From the NCBI GenBank assembly GCA_964057225.1, contig OZ059895.1, positions 19,406,001 to 19,470,000 on the forward strand: a stretch of DNA of 64,000 bases, read 5' to 3'. Each line of letters begins with the position of its first letter. Within the stretch, counting starts at the first letter, position 1. This document shows, piece after piece, positions 1 through 13,900 of the stretch. A model generated the notes under the pieces. That model ran no database searches. It saw only the letters and a list, made by a program, of their open reading frames with translations, and was not told where the DNA came from. The stretch comes from Auanema rhodensis (taxonomy: Eukaryota > Animalia > Nematoda). A program made the position numbers and the translations under genes.

Positions 1-176
1 AATTAGCATAAATTAAAGTTCACGTAAATTTCAAAGTCATGGTTAACATGCACCAATATCAATAAAAATTTGTTTTTAGACTAATATGGACATGGGGAAT
101 CTAATTTTGAAAACAGCATCTCTTTCTCTTTGACGTGAAGCGAGTTACATACCAAGTGCACATCACGTGTACACTT
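1..176 (+). repeat. Representative 176-bp monomer (phase arbitrary)
   Basis: The next unit starts at 177. Consensus GC is 57/176 (~32%). Plus-strand stops TAG 4-6, TAA 9-11 and TAA 14-16 close all three forward frames. TTA 3-5, TTA 13-15 and TCA 20-22 close all three reverse frames. Confidence 0.98.
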
Positions 177-1935
177 AATTAGCATAAATTAAAGTTCACG
201 TAAATTTCAAAGTCATGGTTACCATGCACCAATATCAATAAAAATTTGTTTTTAGACTAACATGGACATGGGGAATCTAATTTTGAAAACAGCATCTCTT
301 TCTCTTTCACGTGAAGCGAGTTACATACCAAGTGCACATCATGTGTACACTTAATTAGCATAAATTAAAGTTCACGTAAATTTTAAAGTCATGGTTACCA
401 TGCACCAATACCAATACTAATTTGTTTTTAGACTAATATGGACATGGGGAATCTAATTTTGAAAACCGCATCTCTTTTTCTTTCACGTGAAGCGAGTTAC
501 ATACCAAGTGCACATCATGTGTACACTTAATAAGCATAAATTAAAGTTCACGTAAATTTCAAAGTCATGGTTACCATGCACCAAAATCAATAAAAATTTG
601 TTTTTAGACTAATATGGACATGGGGAATCTAATTTTGAAAACCGCATCTCTTCATCTTTCACGTGAAGCCAGTTACATACCAAGTGCACATCACGTGTAC
701 ATTTAATTAGCATAAATTAAAGTTCACGTAAATTTCAAAGTCATGGTTACCATGCACCAATATCAATAAAAATTTGTTTTTAGACTAATATGGACATGGG
801 GAATCTATTTTTGAAAACCGCATCTCTTCATCTTTCACGTGAAGCGAGTTACATACCAAGTGCACATCACGTGTACACTTAATTAGCATAAATTAAAGTT
901 CACGTAAATTTCAAAGTCATGGTTAACATGCACCAATATCAATAAAAATTTGTTTTTAGACTAATATGGACATGGGGAATCTAATTTTGAAAACCGCATC
1001 TCTTTATCTTTCACGTGAAGCGAGTTACATACCATGTGCACATCACGTGTACATTTAATTAGCATAAATTAAGGTCACGTAAATATCAAAGTCATGGTTA
1101 CCATGCACCAATATCAATCAAAATTTGTTTTAAGACTAATATGGACATGAGAAATCTATTTTTGAAAACCGCATCTCTTCATCTTTCACGTGAAGCAAGT
1201 TACATACCAAGTGCACATCACGTGTACATTTAATTAGCATAAATTAAAGTTCACGTAAATTTCAAAGTCATGGTTACCATGCACCAATATCAATAAAAAC
1301 TTGTTTTTAGACTAATATGGACATAGGGAATCTACATTTGAAAACCACATCTCTTTATCTTTCACGTGAAGCGAGTTACATACCAAGTGCACATCACGTG
1401 TACATTTAATTAGCATAAATTAAAGTTCACGTAAATTTCAAAGTAATGGTTACCATGCACCAATATTAATAAAAATTTGTTTTAAGACTAATATGGACAT
1501 GAGAAATCTATTTTTGAAAACCGCATCTCTTCATCTTTCACGTGAAGCAAGTTACATACCAAGTGCACATCACGTGTACATTTAATTAGCATAAATTAAA
1601 GTTCACGTAAATTTCAAAGTCATGGTTACCATGCACCAATATCAATAAAAACTTGTTTTTAGACTAATATGGACATGGAGAATCTAATTTTGAAAACCGC
1701 ATCTCTTCATCTTTCACGTGAAGCGAGTTACATACCAAGTGCACATCACGTGTACACTTAATTAGCATAAATTAAAGTTCACGTAAATTTCAAAGTTATG
1801 GTTAACATGCACCAATATCGATAAAAATTTGTTTTAAGACTAATATGGACATGAGAAATCTAATTTTGAAAACCGCATCTCTTCATCTTTCACGTGAAGC
1901 GAGTTACATACCAAGTGCACATCACGTGTACATTT
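1..1935. repeat. 11-monomer (1935-bp) unit whose first monomers recur at 1936, with partial copies near 4.2-5.2, 15-16, 20.2-21.4 and 28.3-29.5 kb
   Basis: The CTAACATGG marker lies at 261 and 2196 (offset 1935 = 11x176-1). The ordered monomers TACCAATACTAA/AATAAGC, CCAAAATC/GCCAGT and AAGGTCAC recur in the listed regions. Confidence 0.7.
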
Positions 1936-4900
1936 AATTAGCATAAATTAAAGTTCACGTAAATTTCAAAGTCATGGTTAACATGCACCAATATCAATAA
2001 AAATTTGTTTTTAGACTAATATGGACATGGGGAATCTAATTTTGAAAACAGCATCTCTTTCTCTTTGACGTGAAGCGAGTTACATACCAAGTGCACATCA
2101 CGTGTACACTTAATTAGCATAAATTAAAGTTCACGTAAATTTCAAAGTCATGGTTACCATGCACCAATATCAATAAAAATTTGTTTTTAGACTAACATGG
2201 ACATGGGGAATCTAATTTTGAAAACAGCATCTCTTTCTCTTTCACGTGAAGCGAGTTACATACCAAGTGCACATCATGTGTACAATTAATTAGCATAAAT
2301 TAAAGTTCACGTAAATTTTAAAGTCATGGTTACCATGCACCAATACCAATACTAATTTGTTTTTAGACTAATATGGACATGGGGAATCTAATTTTGAAAA
2401 CCGCATCTCTTTTTCTTTCACGTGAAGCGAGTTACATACCAAGTGCACATCACGTGTACATTTAATTAGCATAAATTAAAGTTCACGTAAATTTCAAAGT
2501 CATGCTTAACATGCACCAATATCAATAAAAATTTGTTTTTAGACTAATATGGACATGGGGAATCTAATTTTGAAAACAGCATCTCTTTCTCTTTGACGTG
2601 AAGCGAGTTACATACCAAGTGCACATCACGTGTACACTTAATTAGCATAAATTAAAGTTCACGTAAATTTCAAAGTCATGGTTACCATGCACCAATATCA
2701 ATAAAAATTTGTTTTTAGACTAATATGGACATGAGAAATCTAATTTTGAAAACCGCATCTCTTCATCTTTCACGTGAAGCGAGTTACATACCAAGTGCAC
2801 ATCACGTGTACATTTAATTAGCATAAATTAAAGTTCACGTAAATTTCAAAGTCATGCTTAACATGCACCAATATCAATAAAAATTTGTTTTTAGACTAAT
2901 ATGGACATGAGAAATCTAATTTTGAAAACCGCATCTCTTCATCTTTCACGTGAAGCGAGTTACATACCAAGTGCACATCACGTGTACATTTAATTAGCAT
3001 AAATTAAAGTTCACGTAAATTTCAAAGTCATGGTTACCATGCACCAAAATCAATAAAAATTTGTTTTTAGACTAATATGGACATGGGGAATCTAATTTTG
3101 AAAACCGCATCTCTTCATCTTTCACGTGAAGCCAGTTACATACCAAGTGCACATCACGTGTACATTTAATTAGCATAAATTAAAGTTCAATTAAATTTCA
3201 AAGTCATGGTTACCATGCACCAATATCAATAAAAATTTGTTTTTAGACTAATATGGACATGGGGAATCTATTTTTGAAAACCGCATCTCTTCATCTTTCA
3301 CGTGAAGCGAGTTACATACCAAGTGCACATCACGTGTACACTTAATTAGCAAAAATTAAAGTTCACGTAAATTTCAAAGTCATGGTTAACATGCACCAAT
3401 ATCAATAAAAATTTGTTTTTAGACTAATATGGACATGGGGAATCTAATTTTGAAAACCGCATCTCTTTATCTTTCACGTGAAGCGAGTTACATACCAAGT
3501 GCACATCACGTGTACATTTAATTAGCATAAATTAAGGTCACGTAAATATCAAAGTCATGGTTACCATGCACCAATATCAATCAAAATTTGTTTTAAGACT
3601 AATATGGACATGAGAAATCTATTTTTGAAAACCGCATCTCTTCATCTTTCACGTGAAGCAAGTTACATACCAAGTGCACATCACGTGTACATTTAATTAG
3701 CATAAATTAAAGTTCACGTAAATATCAAAGTCATGGTTACCATGCACCAATATCGATAAAAATTTGTTTTAAGACTAATATGGACATGAGAAATCTAATT
3801 TTGAAAACCGCATCTCTTCATCTTTCACGTGAAGCGAGTTACATACCAAGTGCACATCACGTGTACATTTAATTAGCATAAATTAAAGTTCACGTAAATT
3901 TCAAAGTCATGGTTACCATGCACCAATATCAATAAAAACTTGTTTTTAGACTAATATCGACATGAGAAATCTATTTTTGAAAACCGCATCTCTTCATCTT
4001 TCACGTGAAGCAAGTTACATACCAAGTGCACATCACGTGTACATTTAATTAGCATAAATTAAAGTTCACGTAAATTTCAAAGTCATGGTTACCATGCACC
4101 AATATCAATAAAAACTTGTTTTTAGACTAATATGGACATGGAGAATCTAATTTTGAAAACCGCATCTCTTCATCTTTCACGTGAAGCGAGTTACATACCA
4201 AGTGCACATCACGTGTACATTTAATTAGCATAAATTAAAGTTCACGTAAATTTCAAAGTCATGCTTAACATGCACCAATATCAATAAAAATTTGTTTTTA
4301 GACTAATATGGACATGGGGAATCTAATTTTGAAAACAGCATCTCTTTCTCTTTGACGTGAAGCGAGTTACATACCAAGTGCACATCACGTGTACACTTAA
4401 TTAGCATAAATTAAAGTTCACGTAAATTTCAAAGTCATGGTTACCATGCACCAATATCAATAAAAATTTGTTTTTAGACTAACATGGACATGGGGAATCT
4501 AATTTTGAAAACAGCATCTCTTTCTCTTTCACGTGAAGCGAGTTACATACCAAGTGCACATCATGTGTACACTTAATTAGCATAAATTAAAGTTCACGTA
4601 AATTTTAAAGTCATGGTTACCATGCACCAATACCAATACTAATTTGTTTTTAGACTAATATGGACATGGGGAATCTAATTTTGAAAACCGCATCTCTTTT
4701 TCTTTCACGTGAAGCGAGTTACATACCAAGTGCACATCATGTGTACACTTAATAAGCATAAATTAAAGTTCACGTAAATTTCAAAGTCATGGTTACCATG
4801 CACCAAAATCAATAAAAATTTGTTTTTAGACTAATATGGACATGGGGAATCTAATTTTGGAAACCGCATCTCTTCATCTTTCACGTGAAGCCAGTTACAT

Positions 4901-7900
4901 ACCAAGTGCACATCACGTGTACATTTAATTAGCATAAATTAAAGTTCACGTAAATTTCAAAGTCATGGTTACCATGCACCAATATCAATAAAAATTTGTT
5001 TTTAGACTAATATGGACATGGGGAATCTATTTTTGAAAACCGCATCTCTTCATCTTTCACGTGAAGCGAGTTACATACCAAGTGCACATCACGTGTACAT
5101 TTAATTAGCATAAATTAAGGTCACGTAAATATCAAAGTCATGGTTACCATGCACCAATATCAATCAAAATTTGTTTTAAGACTAATATGGACATGGGGAA
5201 TCTACATTTGAAAACCACATCTCTTTATCTTTCACGTGAAGCGAGTTACATACCAAGTGCACATCACGTGTACATTTAATTAGCATAAATTAAAGTTCAC
5301 GTAAATTTCAAAGTAATGGTTACCATGCACCAATATCAATAAAAATTTGTTTTAAGACTAATATGGACATGAGAAATCTATTTTTGAAAACCGCATCTCT
5401 TCATCTTTCACGTGAAGCAAGTTACATACCAAGTGCACATCACGTGTACATTTAATTAGCATAAATTAAAGTTCACGTAAATTTCAAAGTCATGGTTACC
5501 ATGCACCAATATCAATAAAAACTTGTTTTTAGACTAATATGGACACAGGGAATCTACATTTGAAAACCACATCTCTTTATCTTTCACGTGAAGCGAGTTA
5601 CATACCAAGTGCACATCACGTGTACATTTAATTAGCATAAATTAAAGTTCACGTAAATTTCAAAGTAATGGTTACCATGCACCAATATCAATAAAAATTT
5701 GTTTTAAGACTAATATGGACATGAGAAATCTAATTTTGAAAACCGCATCTCTTCATCTTTCACGTGAAGCAAGTTACATACCAAGTGCACATCACGTGTA
5801 CATTTAATTAGCATAAATTAAAGTTCACGTAAATTTCAAAGTAATGGTTACCATGCACCAATATCAATAAAAATTTGTTTTAAGACTAATATGGACATGA
5901 GAAATCTATTTTTGAAAACCGCATCTCTTCATCTTTCACGTGAAGCAAGTTACATACCAAGTGCACATCACGTGTACATTTAATTAGCATAAATTAAAGT
6001 TCACGTAAATTTCAAAGTAATGGTTACCATGCACCAATATCAATAAAAATTTGTTTTAAGACTAATATGGACATGAGAAATCTAATTTTGAAAACCGCAT
6101 CTCTTCATCTTTCACGTGAAGCAAGTTACATACCAAGTGCACATCACGTGTACATTTAATTAGCATAAATTAAAGTTCACGTAAATTTCAAAGTCATGGT
6201 TAACATGCACCAATATCAATAAAAATTTGTTTTAAGACTAATATGGACATGAGAAATCTATTTTTGAAAACCGCATCTCTTCATCTTTCACGTGAAGCAA
6301 GTTACATACCAAGTGCACATCACGTGTACATTTAATTAGCATAAATTAAAGTTCACGTAAATTTCAAAGTAATGGTTACCATGCACCAATATCAATAAAA
6401 ATTTGTTTTAAGACTAATATGGACATGGGGAATCTAATTTTGAAAACCGCATCTCTTTATCTTTCACGTGAAGCGAGTTACATACCAAGTGCACATCACG
6501 TGTACATTTAATTAGCATAAATTAAGGTCACGTAAATATCAAAGTCATGGTTACCATGCATCAATATCAATCAAAATTTGTTTTAAGACTAATATGGACA
6601 TGAGAAATCTATTTTTGAAAACCGCATCTCTTCATCTTTCACGTGAAGCAAGTTACATACCAAGTGCACATCACGTGTACATTTAATTAGCATAAATTAA
6701 AGTTCACGTAAATATCAAAGTCATGGTTACCATGCACCAATATCGATAAAAATTTGTTTTAAGACTAATATGGACATGAGAAATCTAATTTTGAAAACCG
6801 CATCTCTTCATCTTTCACGTGAAGCGAGTTACATACCAAGTGCACATCACGTGTACATTTAATTAGCATAAATTAAAGTTCACGTAAATTTCAAAGTCAT
6901 GGTTACCATGCACCAATATCAATAAAAACTTGTTTTTAGACTAATATGGACATAGGGAATCTACATTTGAAAACCACATCTCTTTATCTTTCACGTGAAG
7001 CGAGTTACATACCAAGTGCACATCACGTGTACATTTAATTAGCATAAATTAAAGTTCACGTAAATTTCAAAGTAATGGTTACCATGCACCAATATCAATA
7101 AAAATTTGTTTTAAGACTAATATGGACATGAGAAATCTATTTTTGAAAACCGCGTCTCTTCATCTTTCACGTGAAGCAAGTTACATACCAAGTGCACATC
7201 ACGTGTACATTTAATTAGCATAAATTAAAGTTCACGTAAATATCAAAGTCATGGTTACCATGCACCAATATCAATAAAAACTTGTTTTTAGACTAATATG
7301 GACATGGAGAATCTAATTTTGAAAACCGCATCTCTTCATCTTTCACGTGAAGCGAGTTACATACCAAGTGCACATCACGTGTACACTTAATTAGCATAAA
7401 TTAAAGTTCACGTAAATATCAAAGTCATGGTTACCATGCACCAATATCGATAAAAATTTGTTTTAAGACTAATATGGACATGAGAAATCTAATTTTGAAA
7501 ACCGCATCTCTTCATCTTTCACGTGAAGCGAGTTACATACCAATTGCACATCACGTGTACATTTAATTAGCATAAATTAAAGTTCACGTAAATTTCAAAG
7601 TCATGGTTAACATGCACCAATATCAATAAAAATTAGTTTTTAGACTAATATGGACATGGGGAATCTAATTTTGAAAACCGCATCTCTTTATCTTTCACGT
7701 GAAGCGAGTTACATACCAAGTGCACATCACGTGTACATTGAATTAGCATAAATTAAAGTTCACGTAAATATCAAAGTCATGGTTACCATGCACCAATATC
7801 AATAAAAACTTGTTTTTAGACTAATATGGACATAGGGAATCTACATTTGAAAACCACATCTCTTTATCTTTCACGTGAAGCGAGTTACATACCAAGTGCA

Positions 7901-10900
7901 CATCACGTGTACATTTAATTAGCATAAATTAAAGTTCACGTAAATTTCAAAGTAATGGTTACCATGCACCAATATCAATAAAAATTTGTTTTAAGACTAA
8001 TATGGACATGAGAAATCTATTTTTGAAAACCGCATCTCTTCATCTTTCACGTGAAGCAAGTTACATACCAAGTGCACATCACGTGTACATTTAATTAGCA
8101 TAAATTAAAGTTCACGTAAATTTCAAAGTAATGGTTACCATGCACCAATATCAATAAAAATTTGTTTTAAGACTAATATGGACATGAGAAATCTAATTTT
8201 GAAAACCGCATCTCTTCATCTTTCACGTGAAGCAAGTTACATACCAAGTGCACATCACGTGTACATTTAATTAGCATAAATTAAAGTTCACGTAAATTTC
8301 AAAGTCATGGTTAACATGCACCAATATCAATAAAAATTTGTTTTAAGACTAATATGGACATGAGAAATCTATTTTTGAAAACCGCATCTCTTCATCTTTC
8401 ACGTGAAGCAAGTTACATACCAAGTGCACATCACGTGTACATTTAATTAGCATAAATTAAAGTTCACGTAAATTTCAAAGTAATGGTTACCATGCACCAA
8501 TATCAATAAAAATTTGTTTTAAGACTAATATGGACATGGGGAATCTAATTTTGAAAACCGCATCTCTTTATCTTTCACGTGAAGCGAGTTACATACCAAG
8601 TGCACATCACGTGTACATTTAATTAGCATAAATTAAGGTCACGTAAATATCAAAGTCATGGTTACCATGCATCAATATCAATCAAAATTTGTTTTAAGAC
8701 TAATATGGACATGAGAAATCTATTTTTGAAAACCGCATCTCTTCATCTTTCACGTGAAGCAAGTTACATACCAAGTGCACATCACGTGTACATTTAATTA
8801 GCATAAATTAAAGTTCACGTAAATATCAAAGTCATGGTTACCATGCACCAATATCGATAAAAATTTGTTTTAAGACTAATATGGACATGAGAAATCTAAT
8901 TTTGAAAACCGCATCTCTTCATCTTTCACGTGAAGCGAGTTACATACCAAGTGCACATCACGTGTACATTTAATTAGCATAAATTAAAGTTCACGTAAAT
9001 ATCAAAGTCATGGTTACCATGCACCAATATCAATAAAAACTTGTTTTTAGACTAATATGGACATGAGAAATCTAATTTTGAAAACCGCATCTCTTCATCT
9101 TTCACGTGAAGCGAGTTACATACCAAGTGCACATCACGTGTACATTGAATTAGCATAAATTAAAGTTCACGTAAATATCAAAGTCATGGTTACCATGCAC
9201 CAATATCAATAAAAACTTGTTTTTAGACTAATATGGACATAGGGAATCTACATTTGAAAACCACATCTCTTTATCTTTCACGTGAAGCGAGTTACATACC
9301 AAGTGCACATCACGTGTACATTTAATTAGCATAAATTAAAGTTCACGTAAATTTCAAAGTAATGGTTACCATGCACCAATATCAATAAAAATTTGTTTTA
9401 AGACTAATATGGACATGAGAAATCTATTTTTGAAAACCGCATCTCTTCATCTTTCACGTGAAGCAAGTTACATACCAAGTGCACATCACGTGTACATTTA
9501 ATTAGCATAAATTAAAGTTCACGTAAATTTCAAAGTAATGGTTACCATGCACCAATATCAATAAAAATTTGTTTTAAGACTAATATGGACATGAGAAATC
9601 TAATTTTGAAAACCGCATCTCTTCATCTTTCACGTGAAGCAAGTTACATACCAAGTGCACATCACGTGTACATTTAATTAGCATAAATTAAAGTTCACGT
9701 AAATTTCAAAGTCATGGTTAACATGCACCAATATCAATAAAAATTTGTTTTAAGACTAATATGGACATGAGAAATCTATTTTTGAAAACCGCATCTCTTC
9801 ATCTTTCACGTGAAGCAAGTTACATACCAAGTGCACATCACGTGTACATTTAATTAGCATAAATTAAAGTTCACGTAAATTTCAAAGTAATGGTTACCAT
9901 GCACCAATATCAATAAAAATTTGTTTTAAGACTAATATGGACATGGGGAATCTAATTTTGAAAACCGCATCTCTTTATCTTTCACGTGAAGCGAGTTACA
10001 TACCAAGTGCACATCACCTGTACATTTAATTAGCATAAATTAAGGTCACGTAAATATCAAAGTCATGGTTACCATGCATCAATATCAATCAAAATTTGTT
10101 TTAAGACTAATATGGACATGAGAAATCTATTTTTGAAAACCGCATCTCTTCATCTTTCACGTGAAGCAAGTTACATACCAAGTGCACATCACGTGTACAT
10201 TTAATTAGCATAAATTAAAGTTCACGTAAATATCAAAGTCATGGTTACCATGCACCAATATCGATAAAAATTTGTTTTAAGACTAATATGGACATGAGAA
10301 ATCTAATTTTGAAAACCGCATCTCTTCATCTTTCACGTGAAGCGAGTTACATACCAAGTGCACATCACGTGTACATTTAATTAGCATAAATTAAAGTTCA
10401 CGTAAATTTCAAAGTCATGGTTACCATGCACCAATATCAATAAAAACTTGTTTTTAGACTAATATGGACATAGGGAATCTACATTTGAAAACCACATCTC
10501 TTTATCTTTCACGTGAAGCGAGTTACATACCAAGTGCACATCACGTGTACATTTAATTAGCATAAATTAAAGTTCACGTAAATTTCAAAGTAATGGTTAC
10601 CATGCACCAATATCAATAAAAATTTGTTTTAAGACTAATATGGACATGAGAAATCTATTTTTGAAAACCGCGTCTCTTCATCTTTCACGTGAAGCAAGTT
10701 ACATACCAAGTGCACATCACGTGTACATTTAATTAGCATAAATTAAAGTTCACGTAAATATCAAAGTCATGGTTACCATGCACCAATATCAATAAAAACT
10801 TGTTTTTAGACTAATATGGACATGGAGAATCTAATTTTGAAAACCGCATCTCTTCATCTTTCACGTGAAGCGAGTTACATACCAAGTGCACATCACGTGT

Positions 10901-13900
10901 ACACTTAATTAGCATAAATTAAAGTTCACGTAAATATCAAAGTCATGGTTACCATGCACCAATATCGATAAAAATTTGTTTTAAGACTAATATGGACATG
11001 AGAAATCTAATTTTGAAAACCGCATCTCTTCATCTTTCACGTGAAGCGAGTTACATACCAATTGCACATCACGTGTACATTTAATTAGCATAAATTAAAG
11101 TTCACGTAAATTTCAAAGTCATGGTTAACATGCACCAATATCAATAAAAATTAGTTTTTAGACTAATATGGACATGGGGAATCTAATTTTGAAAACCGCA
11201 TCTCTTTATCTTTCACGTGAAGCGAGTTACATACCAAGTGCACATCACGTGTACATTGAATTAGCATAAATTAAAGTTCACGTAAATATCAAAGTCATGG
11301 TTACCATGCACCAATATCAATAAAAACTTGTTTTTAGACTAATATGGACATAGGGAATCTACATTTGAAAACCACATCTCTTTATCTTTCACGTGAAGCG
11401 AGTTACATACCAAGTGCACATCACGTGTACATTTAATTAGCATAAATTAAAGTTCACGTAAATTTCAAAGTAATGGTTACCATGCACCAATATCAATAAA
11501 AATTTGTTTTAAGACTAATATGGACATGAGAAATCTATTTTTGAAAACCGCATCTCTTCATCTTTCACGTGAAGCAAGTTACATACCAAGTGCACATCAC
11601 GTGTACATTTAATTAGCATAAATTAAAGTTCACGTAAATTTCAAAGTAATGGTTACCATGCACCAATATCAATAAAAATTTGTTTTAAGACTAATATGGA
11701 CATGAGAAATCTAATTTTGAAAACCGCATCTCTTCATCTTTCACGTGAAGCGAGTTACATACCAAGTGCACATCACGTGTACATTTAATTAGCATAAATT
11801 AAAGTTCACGTAAATTTCAAAGTCATGGTTAACATGCACCAATATCAATAAAAATTAGTTTTTAGACTAATATGGACATGGGGAATCTAATTTTGAAAAC
11901 CGCATCTCTTTATCTTTCACGTGAAGCGAGTTACATACCAAGTGCACATCACGTGTACATTTAATTAGCATAAATTAAGGTCACGTAAATATCAAAGTCA
12001 TGGTTACCATGCATCAATATCAATCAAAATTTGTTTTAAGACTAATATGGACATGAGAAATCTATTTTTGAAAACCGCATCTCTTCATCTTTCACGTGAA
12101 GCAAGTTACATACCAAGTGCACATCACGTGTACATTTAATTAGCATAAATTAAAGTTCACGTAAATATCAAAGTCATGGTTACCATGCACCAATATCGAT
12201 AAAAATTTGTTTTAAGACTAATATGGACATGAGAAATCTAATTTTGAAAACCGCATCTCTTCATCTTTCACGTGAAGCGAGTTACATACCAAGTGCACAT
12301 CACGTGTACATTTAATTAGCATAAATTAAAGTTCACGTAAATATCAAAGTCATGGTTACCATGCACCAATATCAATAAAAATTTGTTTTAAGACTAATAT
12401 GGACATGGAGAATCTAATTTTGAAAACCGCATCTCTTCATCTTTCACGTGAAGCGAGTTACATACCAAGTGCACATCACGTGTACACTTAATTAGCATAA
12501 ATTAAAGTTCACGTAAATATCAAAGTCATGGTTACCATGCACCAATATCGATAAAAATTTGTTTTAAGACTAATATGGACATGAGAAATCTAATTTTGAA
12601 AACCGCATCTCTTCATCTTTCACGTGAAGCGAGTTACATACCAATTGCACATCACGTGTACATTTAATTAGCATAAATTAAAGTTCACGTAAATATCAAA
12701 GTCATGGTTACCATGCACCAATATCAATAAAAATTTGTTTTAAGACTAATATGGACATGGAGAATCTAATTTTGAAAACCGCATCTCTTCATCTTTCACG
12801 TGAAGCGAGTTACATACCAAGTGCACATCACGTGTACACTTAATTAGCATAAATTAAAGTTCACGTAAATATCAAAGTCATGGTTACCATGCACCAATAT
12901 CGATAAAAATTTGTTTTAAGACTAATATGGACATGAGAAATCTAATTTTGAAAACCGCATCTCTTCATCTTTCACGTGAAGCGAGTTACATACCAATTGC
13001 ACATCACGTGTACATTTAATTAGCATAAATTAAAGTTCACGTAAATTTCAAAGTCATGGTTAACATGCACCAATATCAATAAAAATTAGTTTTTAGACTA
13101 ATATGGACATGGGGAATCTAATTTTGAAAACCGCATCTCTTTATCTTTCACGTGAAGCGAGTTACATACCAAGTGCACATCACGTGTACATTGAATTAGC
13201 ATAAATTAAAGTTCACATAAATTTCAAAGTCATGGTTACCATGCACCAATATCAATAAAAACTTGTTTTTAGACTAATATGGACATAGGGAATCTACATT
13301 TGAAAACCACATCTCTTTATCTTTCACGTGAAGCGAGTTACATACCAAGTGCACATCACGTGTACATTTAATTAGCATAAATTAAAGTTCACGTAAATTT
13401 CAAAGTAATGGTTACCATGCACCAATATCAATAAAAATTTGTTTTAAGACTAATATGGACATGAGAAATCTATTTTTGAAAACCGCATCTCTTCATCTTT
13501 CACGTGAAGCAAGTTACATACCAAGTGCACATCACGTGTACATTTAATTAGCATAAATTAAAGTTCACGTAAATTTCAAAGTCATGGTTACCATGCACTA
13601 ATATCAATAAAAATTTGTTTTTAGACTAATATGGACATGGGGAATCTATTTTTGAAAACCGCATCTCTTCATCTTTCACGTGAAGCGAGTTACATACCAA
13701 GTGCACATCACGTGTACACTTAATTAGCATAAATTAAAGTTCACGTAAATTTCAAAGTCATGGTTAACATGCACCAATATCAATAAAAATTTGTTTTTAG
13801 ACTAATATGGACATGGGGAATCTAATTTTGAAAACCGCATCTCTTTATCTTTCACGTGAAGCGAGTTACATACCAAGTGCACATCACGTGTACATTTAAT

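Noticed and set aside
61-66. AATAAA polyadenylation signal and TATA-like/homeobox TAAT motifs in every monomer
   Set aside because: These are expected by chance in AT-rich DNA, and there is no transcription unit to give them context.
1-176. Tandem 5S rRNA, tRNA, snRNA or spliced-leader gene array
   Set aside because: I see no recognisable 5S or tRNA sequence, A/B/C boxes or cloverleaf, and the monomer is AT-rich with no gene/spacer contrast in conservation.
1-176. Identity with known satellites of similar size (Brassica CentBr 176 bp, Arabidopsis CEN178/180, primate alpha satellite 171 bp) or a CENP-B box
   Set aside because: Only the length is similar. The sequence does not resemble these families as I recall them, and no TTCG....A..CGGG CENP-B box is visible. 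A database search is still needed.
162-290. Budding-yeast point centromere (CDEI ATCACGTG followed by AT-rich DNA and a CCG)
   Set aside because: The intervening DNA is not the >90% AT CDEII, there is no CDEIII CCGAA consensus, and point centromeres are not tandemly arrayed. The 8-bp match is plausibly chance.
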